Of a DNA stretch of 64,000 nt, positions 12,370-23,914 are shown one piece after another. A program made the translations under genes and the position numbers. Under the pieces are notes generated by a model that was given only the letters and a program-made list of their open reading frames with translations, was not told the DNA's origin and searched no databases. The DNA comes from Octopus sinensis (taxonomy: Eukaryota), in assembly GCF_006345805.1 (NCBI RefSeq), contig NC_043007.1, positions 16,678,001 to 16,742,000 of the forward strand, given 5' to 3'. Position 1 is the stretch's first letter; the number at the start of each line of letters is the position of its first letter.

Positions 12370-12690
12370 AGCTCATTTATAGGATCCAGTTAGCTCAAGA
12401 CATCATCAGGAGGAACCATGTCCAGTTTCAGCCCCTACTCTTCTACTGGTTTGACGTGGCGGGACCCCTACTTTTTGGATGTGTCTTCAGCTCTGGTGTT
12501 GAGTGTATGTCTTCTTTCTCCTCCTTTTGTTCCCTGGCCTCTTCGATGTAGCATCAACGAGTGTCAGCGGGCGACTGCCTGTCTTGTCAAATTTCCCTTT
12601 AAATACCTGCAGCTAGGCTCCAGCAGGCAGCCCCAGCAAGTTGTCACGTGACATTGTCTCAACTTTATAGCTGACTTTAACCTGTTTGAA
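12370..12690 (-). repeat. Unclassified interspersed repeat (LTR-like); partner copy at 42430-42735 (+)
   Basis: About 280 bp of clear reverse-complement similarity; both copies carry TGTCACGTGACA. Confidence 0.75.
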
Positions 12691-15051
12691 ATAATTGCTG
12701 TGTCATCAACATGGCTAACTTTCACTCTTTTGCTAAGCTTGTTCTAGGCACACTCTGATTTTCTTTTGGGTGATCTTTGTGAGGCTAGTGGTTGTTATTG
12801 ACTCATAGGAAACCTTGGCATTTCCAGAATAGCTTGGTCAGACTCGCAATAAAAATGCAAATGTAAATTTTTCTAGACTGTTGAAGGCCTTGAATAAACA
12901 AAAAATATATATAAAGATACCTACAAAATAGCTTAGGCCCAGCTGTTGTGTCTCTCAAAATTTCTTCTAAAATACCTTCTGCTCCTTCAAAATTCTTGGT
13001 ATTATGCCAACTCTACATCTGAACCATTATTTGATAAATCTTTTATCCCACTTGAAACTTCTATCTCAGCCATCGGAATTAAACACATCATCTAACACTG
13101 TTATTTTTTATTTTTTTTCAAGACTGACAATCTTTATTTCATTGCATTATATCCATCTTACTTGTAACATTAACATCAACAACAACAACAATAATAATAA
13201 TAATATGTTATCCCAGTTTAACATTCTAAGAGAGCTTTGGCAGGCTATTGAGCATTGGTCTTCACGTTTTTCAACTGACAAATGGAAGACCTGTAAATAT
13301 TCTATATTCTATATATCAACTCCACCAGATCTTCAACCTCACTAACAGTAGTAGTGACTGACAACATGAAGCGGAGCTATTGTCTCCCTCCCCGTCCCCC
13401 ACAGCTGCATGTTCTTTCTAACACTCACCACCCAATTGTCAGATAATGACTGGTATCAAATTGTCAGTTGTACAACGTGTTGTGTGACTTTCAACAAGGT
13501 ATGACTCAATGTCTAGAGCAGAATTCAAACACAGATGACTTAACTTTACAGACATTGTTTTTTTTTCTCCATTTCTATATTTTTTTTTAATTTACTTTTA
13601 TTTATCATTTCTTTTCCCCTTTTTTTGTGATAGAATGGATGGGACATTTCTTTTTTTTTTTTTTTTTCTTTCACAAACTTGGGTACTTGAAGTAATTTCT
13701 TGTTAATTCATCCGGCACGGAGCATGATGGCTGATGTAAAGCTTAAGCTCAAGACCCTATGGTTTAAACCTCCTAGTCACTGTATTTCTCCTTATGTCCC
13801 ATCATTCTTTATTATTTCATTCATTGCTATCCAGAAGCAACGACCGTCCCACTTCATAGTTACATCTAATTACAACAAGCAGCGAACAAAATAAATTACT
13901 TGGGTCATGGAATGAGATTTTATAATTTCTTTCTTTCTTTCTTTCTTACTCTGTGTTTAGTTTAAATAATATAGCATAGCATTTATTTCTAATTAGTTAT
14001 TTCTCAAGTTTACCGATTTGAAGTACATAAAACAGTTTGGTGTCAAAATCTTGATTGGATTTTATGTTCATCACTTGATGAACAGTTTCTCAATTATTAT
14101 CGTCCCTTTCTTTAGTGCATCCATCAAAACTATGAAATCTAATTACTTGTTGAGGAGGTCTTCAGTCGTTGTCATTTCTTCTTACATATTAGACTAGAGC
14201 ATAATATGATGCTGTATTACTTACATAGTTCAAAATGATGTCACAGCTTCTGATTTCAAGACTGTGTTAAGATGAAGCCATCCACCTATTCAATAATAAT
14301 CGTAGACAATAGAAAAGTTCAATTATTCAGATAAGCTTTATACACTAGTGTGTGTGAGAGAGCTCATTTATAATATATATATATACATACATACATACAT
14401 ACATCACAGAGTGGACTACACTCATGGAGTGGTTGGCATTAGAAAGGGTATCCAGGTGTAGAAACACTGCCAGATCAGGCTGGAGCCTGGTGCAGCCTCC
14501 TGGCTTCCCAGACCCCAGTCGAACCGTCCAACCCATGCTAGCATGGAAAACGGATTTTAAACGATGATGATGATTGTTTGATGTCCATTTTTCTGAGGTG
14601 GCATAGGCTGGGTAGGTTCTCAGTAGAGGCACTATTTCTAGGGCTGGGTGGGCTCCCTTTTGCCACTCCTTTTCCTCTGTTTACAACGAAGGATGTTTTC
14701 TTTCCCACTATTTTAGTGATTGCAAAGCTACAGGACATAATTAGCATCAAAAATGCAAAACTCAGTAACACCATATTTCTTTTTATATACTCAGACTGTC
14801 TCATGTGCGAATCAGAAGTGACAACCTTCATGCACAAACCCACACATGTTCGAGTGTGGGCATGTATGTATACACAGATGGTGGAGGGGGCTTCCATACA
14901 GTTTCTCTCTACCTGTTTCACTCATAAAGCATTGGTCAGCTGAGGCAATAGTAGAAGACACATGCCCCAGGTGCCTTGTGGTGGCATTGATTCCAAGACC
15001 GCATAGTTGTGAAGCAAACTTCTCCCTACCACCATACTTTCTCTCTCTCTC

Positions 15052-15122
<71 letters not shown>

Positions 15123-15339
15123 TATATATACACAATATACACATACATACATACACATCTCATCAAAATGTCCGTTTTCCATGCTGGCATGGATTGGACG
15201 GTTTGACAGGAGCTATACCAGGCTCCATTGTATTGTTTTGGCTGGATAGCCTTCCTAATGCCAACCACTTTACAAGAGTGTGTGGGGTGCTTTTTATATT
15301 GCACCAGTGCATGTGTGCATGCACACACAAATACACACA

Positions 15340-15700
15340 CACACACATGCAATGGTTGTGTAATTGAGAAGCTTACTTCCTAATTATATTGTCTTGGGTT
15401 CAGTCCCATTGTTTAGCATTTTGGGCAAGTGTCGTCTATATCCCTGAGCTTTTTGAGAACATTTGGTAGATGGAAACTGAAAGAAGCCTGTCATGTATGC
15501 GTGTGGAATACCCTTGCCGTTGCATCATACAACTGTTATTTTGTTTCCAGATTTTTGTAGAAAAACATGTCTGACCGCGGAAAATATTACCTTGCTTGGA
15601 AACAAGTGTGGGTTGGCAACTGGAAGGGCATTTGTCTATTGAAAATATGCCTCAACCCGTAACAAAATTTCATCTATCCCATGCTAACAGAAAAATAGTT
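15340..15700 (+). mobile_element. SINE family A2 (family-A head, different body, RTE-like tail); related copies near 2675-3010, 19555-19935 and 63770-64000
   Basis: Head as family A; body ...tgtctgaccgcggaaaatattaccttgcttggaaacaagtg; tail ggaagggcat...cccatgc. Confidence 0.7.
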
Positions 15701-16519
15701 GTTAAATTGATGTATGTATGTATGAATGAATGAATGCGTGCATTCATGTACAGATAGCAGGGGATTCCATGCAGTTTCTATCTACTAATTTCCAATTTCA
15801 CTTGTAAGGCATTGGCCAACTGAGGCAATAGAAGATGCATGTGCCAGGTACCATGCAGTGGTAAACCCCAACAGCCATGTCTATATATATATATATATAT
15901 TGTTCATTTGTTTTACTTCCATTTTTCATTCTGGCATGGGTTAGGTGAATACATATTGCAGGATTGCTTTATACCCAGATGCTGCTGTACTTGTCATAAA
16001 CTCTTACTTGTTATTGAACATGGGGATTTGTCATTTCTCTTGTCTTTGAAAGCACAGCACTAAGCAGGTGATGATTTGTTGCGGAACAGCACCGTTTATG
16101 GCTCAGTGCTTTCCAATGTGATGTTGACTGGATGTTTGATTATTTTTTTATCACTATCGGTACATGTTCATATTGGAGCTTCTGGTACAAATGCCAAGCA
16201 GTACAACGTGACATTTCCAAATTCCTGACAGAGTGAATTGCATCATGGTGCTGTTTTTCTCACAGACGGTGCCCAACTGACCCTACTACACTGTGTAGTC
16301 AGCAAAATCAAAAACAAACAATATGCATGCATGAAATTAGAAATATAAAATAGTGACAATTTACCCATCGCACTCTGCATCATTAAAGGATAGATCGTCT
16401 GGTTGCCTGGAGAGAAGAGGTCATCTATGTCCTTGCCTCAAATAGCCGGTCACCAACACAGCTGTTGGCCTACATTCTCATCAGCAGAACAAAATACTTA
16501 AGAATATATTGAAAAATGT

Positions 16520-16826
16520 GGAGGCGCAATGGCCCGGTGGTTAGGGCAGCAGACTCGCAGTTGTAGGATCGTGGTTTCGATTCCCAGACCGGGCATTGTG
16601 TGTGTTTATTGAGCAAAAACACCTAAAGCTCCACGAGGCTCTGGCAATGGGGGGGGGGATGATCCCTGCTGTACTCTTTCACCACAACTTTCACTCTTCC
16701 TTCTGTTGGCCTGCTCGCTTAGCCAACGGGATGGCGTCATTGAAGGCTAAAACAATGTGAAGCGCATTGTGACCAGCGATGTGTAGCAACATCTGATGGC
16801 TTGGTCGGTCATGTGATCATGTGATA
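16520..16826 (+). mobile_element. tRNA(Arg)-like SINE, family D
   Basis: ggaggcgcaatggcccggtggttagggcagcagactcgc...ggtttcgattccc head; (catgtgat)n end. Confidence 0.8.
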
Positions 16827-17346
16827 TTGAAAAATAGTAAAACGCATTTATGTACAGTGTGCATGCATGCGCATGCATATGTCGGGTTTCCATACTGTCT
16901 ACCAATTCCACTCACATGGCATTGCGAGTAGAAGACACTTGCCCAATGTGCCATGCAGTGGAACTGAACCCAAAACCATTTGGTTGAAGCAGACTTGATA
17001 GCCACACCATCATACCTTCATGTCTAAGTATGTATGTTTGCATATCTGTGTGTGCATGTGAAAAATACATGCTTTTTCTATACTGTCATGGGTTGGGCAA
17101 AACTTACCGAGGTAATTTTCTACCCCCAGATGCCTTCCCTGTTACCAACCATTACTTCTTTTCCAAAAAAGATATCATGTATATCTATATATAATATACT
17201 TGTCGATATCCAACATATATATATATATATACACATATATATATATATATGCATACAGCTGATGGGTGCTCTTTGGTAAGTACATTATCAATTGTATTTT
17301 GAATATAATGTCAGGCAACAACTCCTTACCGTGTTTCTTCTTTCAG

Positions 17347-17416
17347 GCTTCTGGCTCAGCTTTGACACCAAAAGAAAGATTACGTCGGAGGATGCAAGCC
17401 GCATTAAACAGGCAGT
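17347..17416 (+). CDS. CLASRP: CLASRP conserved C-terminal exon
   Basis: tttcAG|ASGSALTPKERLRRRMQAALNRQ|GTAAGT, matching CLASRP LTPQEKLKLRMQKALNRQF. Confidence 0.95.
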
Positions 17417-18034
17417 GTAAGTTAAATTTCTATCAGACGTTTACTTTGGAGTTTTTACCTCACTATAGAAATCCCACCTACAGCACATGCATATGAGTGT
17501 GCACTCTCTCTCTCTCTTTCTATCAAACTTCATGTCTACACAAAATATGCATGCACACATGCAGCAACAGTATGTATCAATGCCACATTCGCTTTGACAA
17601 AAACAGCACACATACATGCTCACAAATACAACATGCACACATACAGACACACACACACACATACATCTGCAAAACAGTAATGCACATATGCACAAGCAAC
17701 ATATACACAAATATCCTTTGATTTAATTTCTTGGGAATTGATCTCTGAATTACTCGTATGTAGCGAATTCCCTTAATTATTTTCTGTATATTTTGTTAAA
17801 ATTTTCTCACATAGCATTATTTGTACTTTAATACCTCCGATCTTATGAAGCTGGTTCACTTTCTTCAATAACTAACATGTTTCAAATGAAATTCATTATC
17901 CCCTGCAACAGTTTAATTATCTAAGCTAATTGTTAGCATGCTGGACATGATGGCTTAGTGGCCTTTCTTGCAGTTCTTTAGATTCTCTGTTCAAGTCACA
18001 CTGAGTTTGATTTTGCCTTTCTTCCTTAAAAAAT

Positions 18035-18362
18035 AGTAAAGTCCCCCCTTCAGTCATGAATGACCATGGGATTGCACCTAGAAAATTTCCCTCTGAGGCA
18101 CGAGTTCAAGCAAGGTTGTTTGTGGAAGACCAGCAGTCACCCATTCATACCGGTCTCCCATCTCCATGCCTCTAATGTTATCCAAGGGAAAGGCAAAGGC
18201 CCATACAGCTTGGCACCAGGACCATCACAACTCATTTTTACAGCTGAGTGAACCGGAGCAATGTGAAGTGTTTTGCTTATGAACACAACATAGCCCGGTC
18301 TGGGAATCAAACTCACTATCTCATTATTGTGAGCTTGATGCTCTAACCACTGAGCCATGCAC
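18035..18362 (-). mobile_element. SINE family E
   Basis: Reverse-complement match to 26422-26760. Confidence 0.8.
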
Positions 18363-18658
18363 CTTTCTTCCTTAAAGGATCAATAAAATAATTTCTTTCC
18401 TAACGTTTATCTTTGGTCTCCATGTAAAGGACAGGTATCCTTTCCTTTGACAGTTTATCTAATCCCTGAAGATTTGGGGTCTTGGTCCTTCACAGCCAGC
18501 TGAGCTGAGCCGAGCCGTATGGAGCTATTTTGCTCCGTGCATTTGTAAAACTCCTACAGCAGGGACGAACCCACAAACCATGATGAGGTGGCCCAGTACC
18601 TTATCTACTGGTCACTTTGCCTGTAAATTTCCGTTATAGCTGACATGATTTATTTCAG

Positions 18659-18717
18659 ACAAAGCAGACAAAAGGGCTGAAATACAGAAGCAAGAACGTG
18701 TGGAACAAGAAAGACAG
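18659..18717 (+). CDS. CLASRP: CLASRP exon
   Basis: tatttcAG|(Y)KADKRAEIQKQERVEQERQ|GTCAGT, matching CLASRP FKADKKAAQEKMIQQEHERQ; phase 1/0. Confidence 0.95.
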
Positions 18718-18894
18718 GTCAGTGTGAAGTTTCTTCAGTTTGCTGCCATTTCTAAAGTGTTTGGTCTCATTGACAAAGTGCAGTGTAAACACTTGAGTGA
18801 TGGTTTAAAGTTTCTTATTTTGTTAATATTTCAGTAGACAAAACTACATGCCTTGCTGCTCTTCCTTCTACTGTATTGTCTCTGCATTAGAAAG

Positions 18895-19120
18895 TTATCA
18901 TCGTGGCCGTTTGCCAGCTCTGTCTGGCACCTGTGCGGGTGGCACGTAAAATGCACCCACTACACTCACGGAGTGGTTGGCGTCAGGAGGGGCATCCAGC
19001 CATAGAAACACTGCCAGATCAGACTGGGCCTGATGCAGCCTTCCGACTTCACAGACCCCAGTTGAACCGTCCAACCCATGCTAGCATGGAAAACGGACAC
19101 TAAACGATGATGATGATGAT
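18895..19120 (+). mobile_element. RTE-LINE 3'UTR fragment
   Basis: Same family core and (GAT)n tail. Confidence 0.85.
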
Positions 19121-19309
19121 CCCCACCACCATCTTTGGTGCAAATGTGGCTGTTTGGTAAGAAGATTACTTCTCAACCACATGGTTTTGGGTTCAGTCCC
19201 ACTGTGTGGCACCTTGGGCAATTGTCTTCTACCATAGACCCAAGCTGGGTCTATTGCCTTAAAAATAGATGGAGGTAGAACTGGAAAAAGTAGGGTTCAA
19301 GGAAGATTT

Positions 19310-19545
19310 AAGTTAAGTTAATTTTTTGGCTCAAAAAGCAAAAAGCAAGGCCATGTAGGGGGACATGGAGTTATGTACAGGGGTGTTCATGCAAAGAGTT
19401 CAGGCCATTTCTGGTCAAGAGAGACTTTGAACCGAGCGGTCGTCGGCATCTTCACTATCTCATCCGGCAGCTTATTCCACGGATCCGCAACCTTTATATA
19501 GTTGATGGGCTCCAGCAAATAGACGTAAACTGCCCACAATCGGGG
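19310..19545 (-). mobile_element. CR1/L2-clade LINE 3' end
   Basis: KVADPWNKLPDEIVKMPTTARFKVSLDQKW matches the CR1 RVVxxWNxLP...FKxxLD pattern; short UTR and (TAACT)n tail. Confidence 0.75.
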
Positions 19546-19943
19546 CTCATAGGCACAGACATTGCTGCATGGTAAGCAGCTTGCCTCCCAACCGTATGGT
19601 TCCGGGTTCAGTCCCACTGTGTAGCACCTTAGGCAATTGTCATCTACCATAGACCCAAGCTGGTCAAAGCTTTATTTGAGTAAGCCAAACCTGAAATAAA
19701 TCTATTATATATGTATGTGTTTGTGTGTGTGTGTTTGTTATTGTCTCCTTCTCTTGACATGATAGTTGTAAACAAGTGTCACCATCATGGAAGCTGTTCC
19801 CTTTGTTTCCAATCACCTGTCTGGTCATGAGGAAATATTACGTTACTTGGAAACAGGTGAGGGTTGGCAACAAGAAGAGCATCCAGCTGTAGAAAAATCT
19901 ACCTTAACAAATTCTGTCTGACCCATACAAGCGCAGAAGAGTA

Positions 19944-20275
19944 GGCACAGGAGTGGCTGTGTGGTAAGTAGCTTGCTTACCAACCACGTGGTTCCAGGTT
20001 CAGTCCCACTGCGTGGCACCTTGTGAGTGGATTTGGTAGACGGAAGCCGAAAGAAGCCTGTCATATATATATGTGTGTGTGTGTCTGTGTTTGTACCCTC
20101 AACATCGCTTGACAATGTCCCCGTAACTTAGCGGTTTGGCAAAAGAGACTGATAGAATAAGTACTAGGCTTACAAAAGAATAAGCCCTGGGGTCGATTTG
20201 CTTGACTAAAGGCAGTGCTCCAGCATAGCCGCAGTGAAACGACTGAAACAAGTAAAAGAATAAAATAATAAGATT
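19944..20275 (+). mobile_element. tRNA-derived SINE, family A
   Basis: Head ggcacaggagtggctgtgtggtaag (A box) ggttccaggttcagtccc (B box); (TA/TG)n spacer; 3' cassette ending gactgaaacaagtaaaaga. Confidence 0.9.
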
Positions 20276-20526
20276 GGGACAGGTGTGCCATGCTACAATC
20301 TGTCCCTATAACTTAATTCCATGTTACTAGTAATGGTGCATATTATGCTAGACAACAGGAAGGCCATCTATAAAACAGTCTGGCCACAACCATCTTCATG
20401 TAGTCTTTGCAGTGATACAATTTTGTCATTTGGGACAGTTTATATATGTTGTTATGGTTAATTAAGTTTATTGTTTCTGTGTTGGGTTTTTGGAAGCTGA
20501 ATGTTTTAACTTTTTTTTGTTGTCAG

Positions 20527-20699
20527 GATCGAGAAGATGAGCTGAGGTCACGTGTTATGGAAATGCGTCGCCGTGAGCGAGAAAGACGGCATCGTGAACT
20601 GGAGGAGTTGGAAAGAGATCGTCACTCGCAGAAGTACAGTAGTTCTTCAGAAAGTGATAACTGGAGCTACTCAAGATCACCTGAACACTACTCAAGAAG
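20527..20699 (+). CDS. CLASRP: CLASRP exon
   Basis: tgtcAG|DREDELRSRVMEMRRRERERRHRELEELER...SRSPEHYSRR|GTagat, matching CLASRP EREDELRAMARKIRMKERERREKERE. Confidence 0.95.
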
Positions 20700-20739
20700 G
20701 TAGATATATTGAATATAAACTTACCTTTATTTGTACGTG

Positions 20740-21138
20740 CTGGTGGCTTCTGTGCTGGCAGCACGTAAAAAGCACCAACTGATCGTGGCCGTTGCCAGCC
20801 TACCCTGGTACCTGTGCCGGTGGCACGTAAAAAGCACCGTCCGTATGTGGCCAATGCCAGCACCGCCTTGACTGGCTACCGTGTCGGTGGCACGTAAAAG
20901 CCACCAACCGATTGTGGCCATTGCCAGCCTCTCCTGGCACCTGTGCCGGTGGCACGTAACAAGCACCCACTACACTCACGGATTGGTTGGCATTATGAAG
21001 GGCATCCAGCTGTAGAAACACTGCCAGATCAGACTGGAGCCTGGTGCAGCCTTCTGGCTTCCGAGACCCCAGTCAAACCGTCCAACCCATGCTAGCATGA
21101 AAAATGGACGTTAAACGACGATGACGATGATGATGATC
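20740..21138 (+). mobile_element. RTE-LINE 3'UTR fragment with four tandem units
   Basis: Repeated (t)gtgccggtggcacgtaaaaagcacc, family core, (GAT)n tail. Confidence 0.9.
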
Positions 21139-21484
21139 TTGAGTCGAAGGCATGTGGCTGTGATGCTTCGGTTGGGTGATGTATTGTGTTTTTAAGCAAA
21201 ACACATCATTTCACATTGTTCCAGTCCACTCACCTACAAATGAGTTCCAGCAATTGCTGGGAAGCTAACCTTGAGGTGGACTGGCATCCCATCCAGTAAT
21301 GGTGGGGGCATCCCATCAGTCATGAGTACTTAGGGTTCACAACAGACCTACCTACTCTTTGTATCAGTTGCTGTTCTGTTCTGTTCTGTTTTGTTGAATC
21401 TTTATCTTTGAACTAACATTCTCCATGATTATTACTGGAGCATTTTATCTAGAGCAATCTTATTTGATATATTCCTCTTCCTTC

Positions 21485-21745
21485 TCATCATCATCGTTTA
21501 ACGTCCGCTTTCCATGCTAGCATGGGTTGGATGATTTGACTGAGGACTGGCGAACCAGATGGCTGCACCAGGCTCCAATCTTGATCTGGCAGAGTTTCTA
21601 CAGCTGGATGCCCTTCCTAGTGCCAGCCCTCCGAGAGTGTAGTGGGTGCTTTTATGTGCCACCTGCATGAGGGCGGTACTGGCAACGGACATGCCCAAAT
21701 GGTGTATTTTACATACCACCTGCACAGGAGCCAGTCCAGCACTGG
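21485..21745 (-). mobile_element. RTE-LINE 3'UTR fragment
   Basis: (CAT)n gtttaacgtccgctttccatgctagc start on the plus strand. Confidence 0.9.
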
Positions 21746-22099
21746 CAATGACCTCTCCTCCATTTTTAAAAAAGTTGAGTGAAATTTGAAGGACATTTTG
21801 ACTTATTTCTCATGTCAGTGCAACTGGTAAATACAAAAATATGAGTTGTGACTCTCGAGATTAGATAATAGTGAAGTCTATGTCCTATTGTGCAATTTAT
21901 AGAATGAACTTCTAGACTTATGGCCATACCCATTACAGGTAGTTTTGTTATTTTGATAGGAACTTCAACTTGTTTTGAGTTCTAATGAACTCTAAAACTA
22001 AAAAGTAAAAGATATTGAGTGAAAACAGAAAACCTGTGACATGTCAGGGCAAGAAGCTAGATTGTAAACGTTAGCCTGTTGATGTGATTTGAGAAAATA

Positions 22100-22520
22100 G
22101 CATTGTACCAGCATCACCTTACTGGCACCTGTGCCCATGCAAGTAGGGTGCCAAGAGCACCATCTGAGCCTGATCATTGCCAGAGCAGCTAACTGTCTTC
22201 CGTGCCGGTGGCACGTAAAAGGTCACCATTCGAGCGTGATCGTTACCAGCATCGCCTTACTGGCATCTGTGCCGGTGTCAGGTGTAAAAAGATTCAAGCA
22301 AAGTCATTGCCAGTACCGCCTGACTGGCCCCCATGCCAGTGGCACGTAAAAAGCACCCACTACACTCTCGGAGTGGTTGGCATTAGGAAGGGCATCCAGC
22401 TGTAGAAACTCTGCCAGATCAAGATTGAAGCCTGGTGCAGCCATCTGGTTCGCCAGCCCTCAGTCAAAATCGTCCAACCCATGCTAGCATGGAAAGCGGA
22501 CGTTAAACAATGATGATGAT
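22100..22520 (+). mobile_element. RTE-LINE 3'UTR fragment
   Basis: Tandem units, family core, (GAT)n tail. Confidence 0.9.
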
Positions 22521-22839
22521 GTAAAAAGATAAGTTATATGACCATATGCAGTCGGCTTCAAAATGGGACAAAATAAATTGTGTTTAGCTAGAATGAAGAC
22601 AAATATATTCTAGTATTTGGGGGACTTTTCTACACCACTCCCTGATTTATGTGAATGTTAAGCTATTATTGTAACTAAATCAGCACATGATTCTTTGCTA
22701 GAAAATAAGTACTGCTTGGTATCAGATTATGACTGTATTGAGATTCAGATTTTTAAGTTACATGTTGTTGTTGTTTTTTTTTTTTTTTTTTTTGTCATTT
22801 TAATTCTGCATCTCTGTATTGTGTGTTATGTCTTTCAAG

Positions 22840-22918
22840 GTCTCGGTCCTGGTCACCCCGACGCTCCAGATCTAAGTCTCGTTCTACATCCAGAGACAGA
22901 GGACTTGTTGACTACTAA
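22840..22918 (+). CDS. CLASRP: CLASRP last coding exon
   Basis: tctttcaAG|(R)SRSWSPRRSRSKSRSTSRDRGLVDY-TAA (stop 22916-22918); phase 2 matches the previous donor. Confidence 0.9.
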
Positions 22919-23267
22919 GAAGAGCGAGGAAGAAACCTTCAATCTGACAAGCATCTCTCTCTCTCCCTCTCTCTCTCTATCTCTCCCTCTCTCTCTCTCC
23001 CTCTACACACACACACACAAAGTCCTAAGTTCCTCGTAAACAATATCACTTTCACAGTTTGACTAAAGCTATTCTTTCAAAGTCTCCAGCATTGAGACGA
23101 AGCTATTTAGTTGTTTTGTGGACATGTAACCAAGGAGAACAACAGGACGTCTGATGGTTGTGGCCAAAATAACTTAAATACAAAGTGGACCAGATTGCAA
23201 TTGACAAACAACTTAAATATTGCTCTTTTTTTTCCTTTACATTTTTTAATGGGAAAGAATTAAATGA

Positions 23268-23285
23268 AATAAACATAAAAATAAA
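23268..23285 (+). terminator. Candidate CLASRP polyadenylation signals (two AATAAA)
   Basis: AATAAA at 23268-23273 and 23280-23285, about 350 nt after the stop, followed by a T/GT-rich stretch. Confidence 0.5.
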
Positions 23286-23504
23286 AACTATTTCCGCAGA
23301 GTTTGTTTTTTATTTGACGGGACAGTAAGTGTGGGTGTGGCTAAGAAGCTTCCCGGTCATTCTTTTCCTTTGTCCCTAATGTCTCAGTGTGGTTGGTCAT
23401 TTGGCTTGCCTACAATGTCCTTTCCTTTCTGCTTTGCTCTTAAAGATTTTGCTTCTTACTTCACCTTTTAATTATACTCTCTTTTACTCTCTTTTTACTT
23501 GTTT

Positions 23505-23870
23505 CAGTCATTTTTTACTGCGGCCATGCTGGAGCACCACCTTTAGTCCAGCAAATCGACACCAGGACTTACTCTTTGTAAGCCTAGTACTTATTCTATT
23601 GGTCTCTTTTGCCGAACCGCTAAGTTACGGGGACGCAAACACACCAGCATCGGTTGTCAAGCGATATTGGGGGGGACAAACAGACACACACACACATATA
23701 TACACATATATACTATGGGCTTCTTTCAATTTCCATCTAGCAAATCCACTCACAAGGCTTTGGTCGACCCGAGGCTATAGTAAAAGACACTTGCCCAAGG
23801 TGCCACGCAGTGGGACTGAACCCGGAACCATGTGGTTGGTAAGCAAGCTACTTACCACACAGCCACTTCA
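23505..23870 (-). mobile_element. SINE family A
   Basis: Full reverse copy. Confidence 0.9.
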
Positions 23871-23914
23871 CTGAAGTGTGTTTTTATATTTTTTGGTGTA
23901 TATTATGCACAGGT

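Noticed and set aside
16520-16600. tRNA-like sequences (also near 30073, 26422 and the family A/C heads)
   Set aside because: A/B boxes are present, but there is no complete cloverleaf or acceptor stem and each continues into a SINE body.
18580-18643. Box C (ATGATGA) and box D (CTGA) suggesting an intronic C/D snoRNA
   Set aside because: No terminal stem; the CTGA coincides with the probable branch point only 15 nt from the acceptor; no recognisable rRNA guide.
20740-20975. CRISPR-like repeat-spacer appearance
   Set aside because: Eukaryotic context, no cas genes, the spacers are homologous to each other, and the array is part of a LINE 3'UTR.
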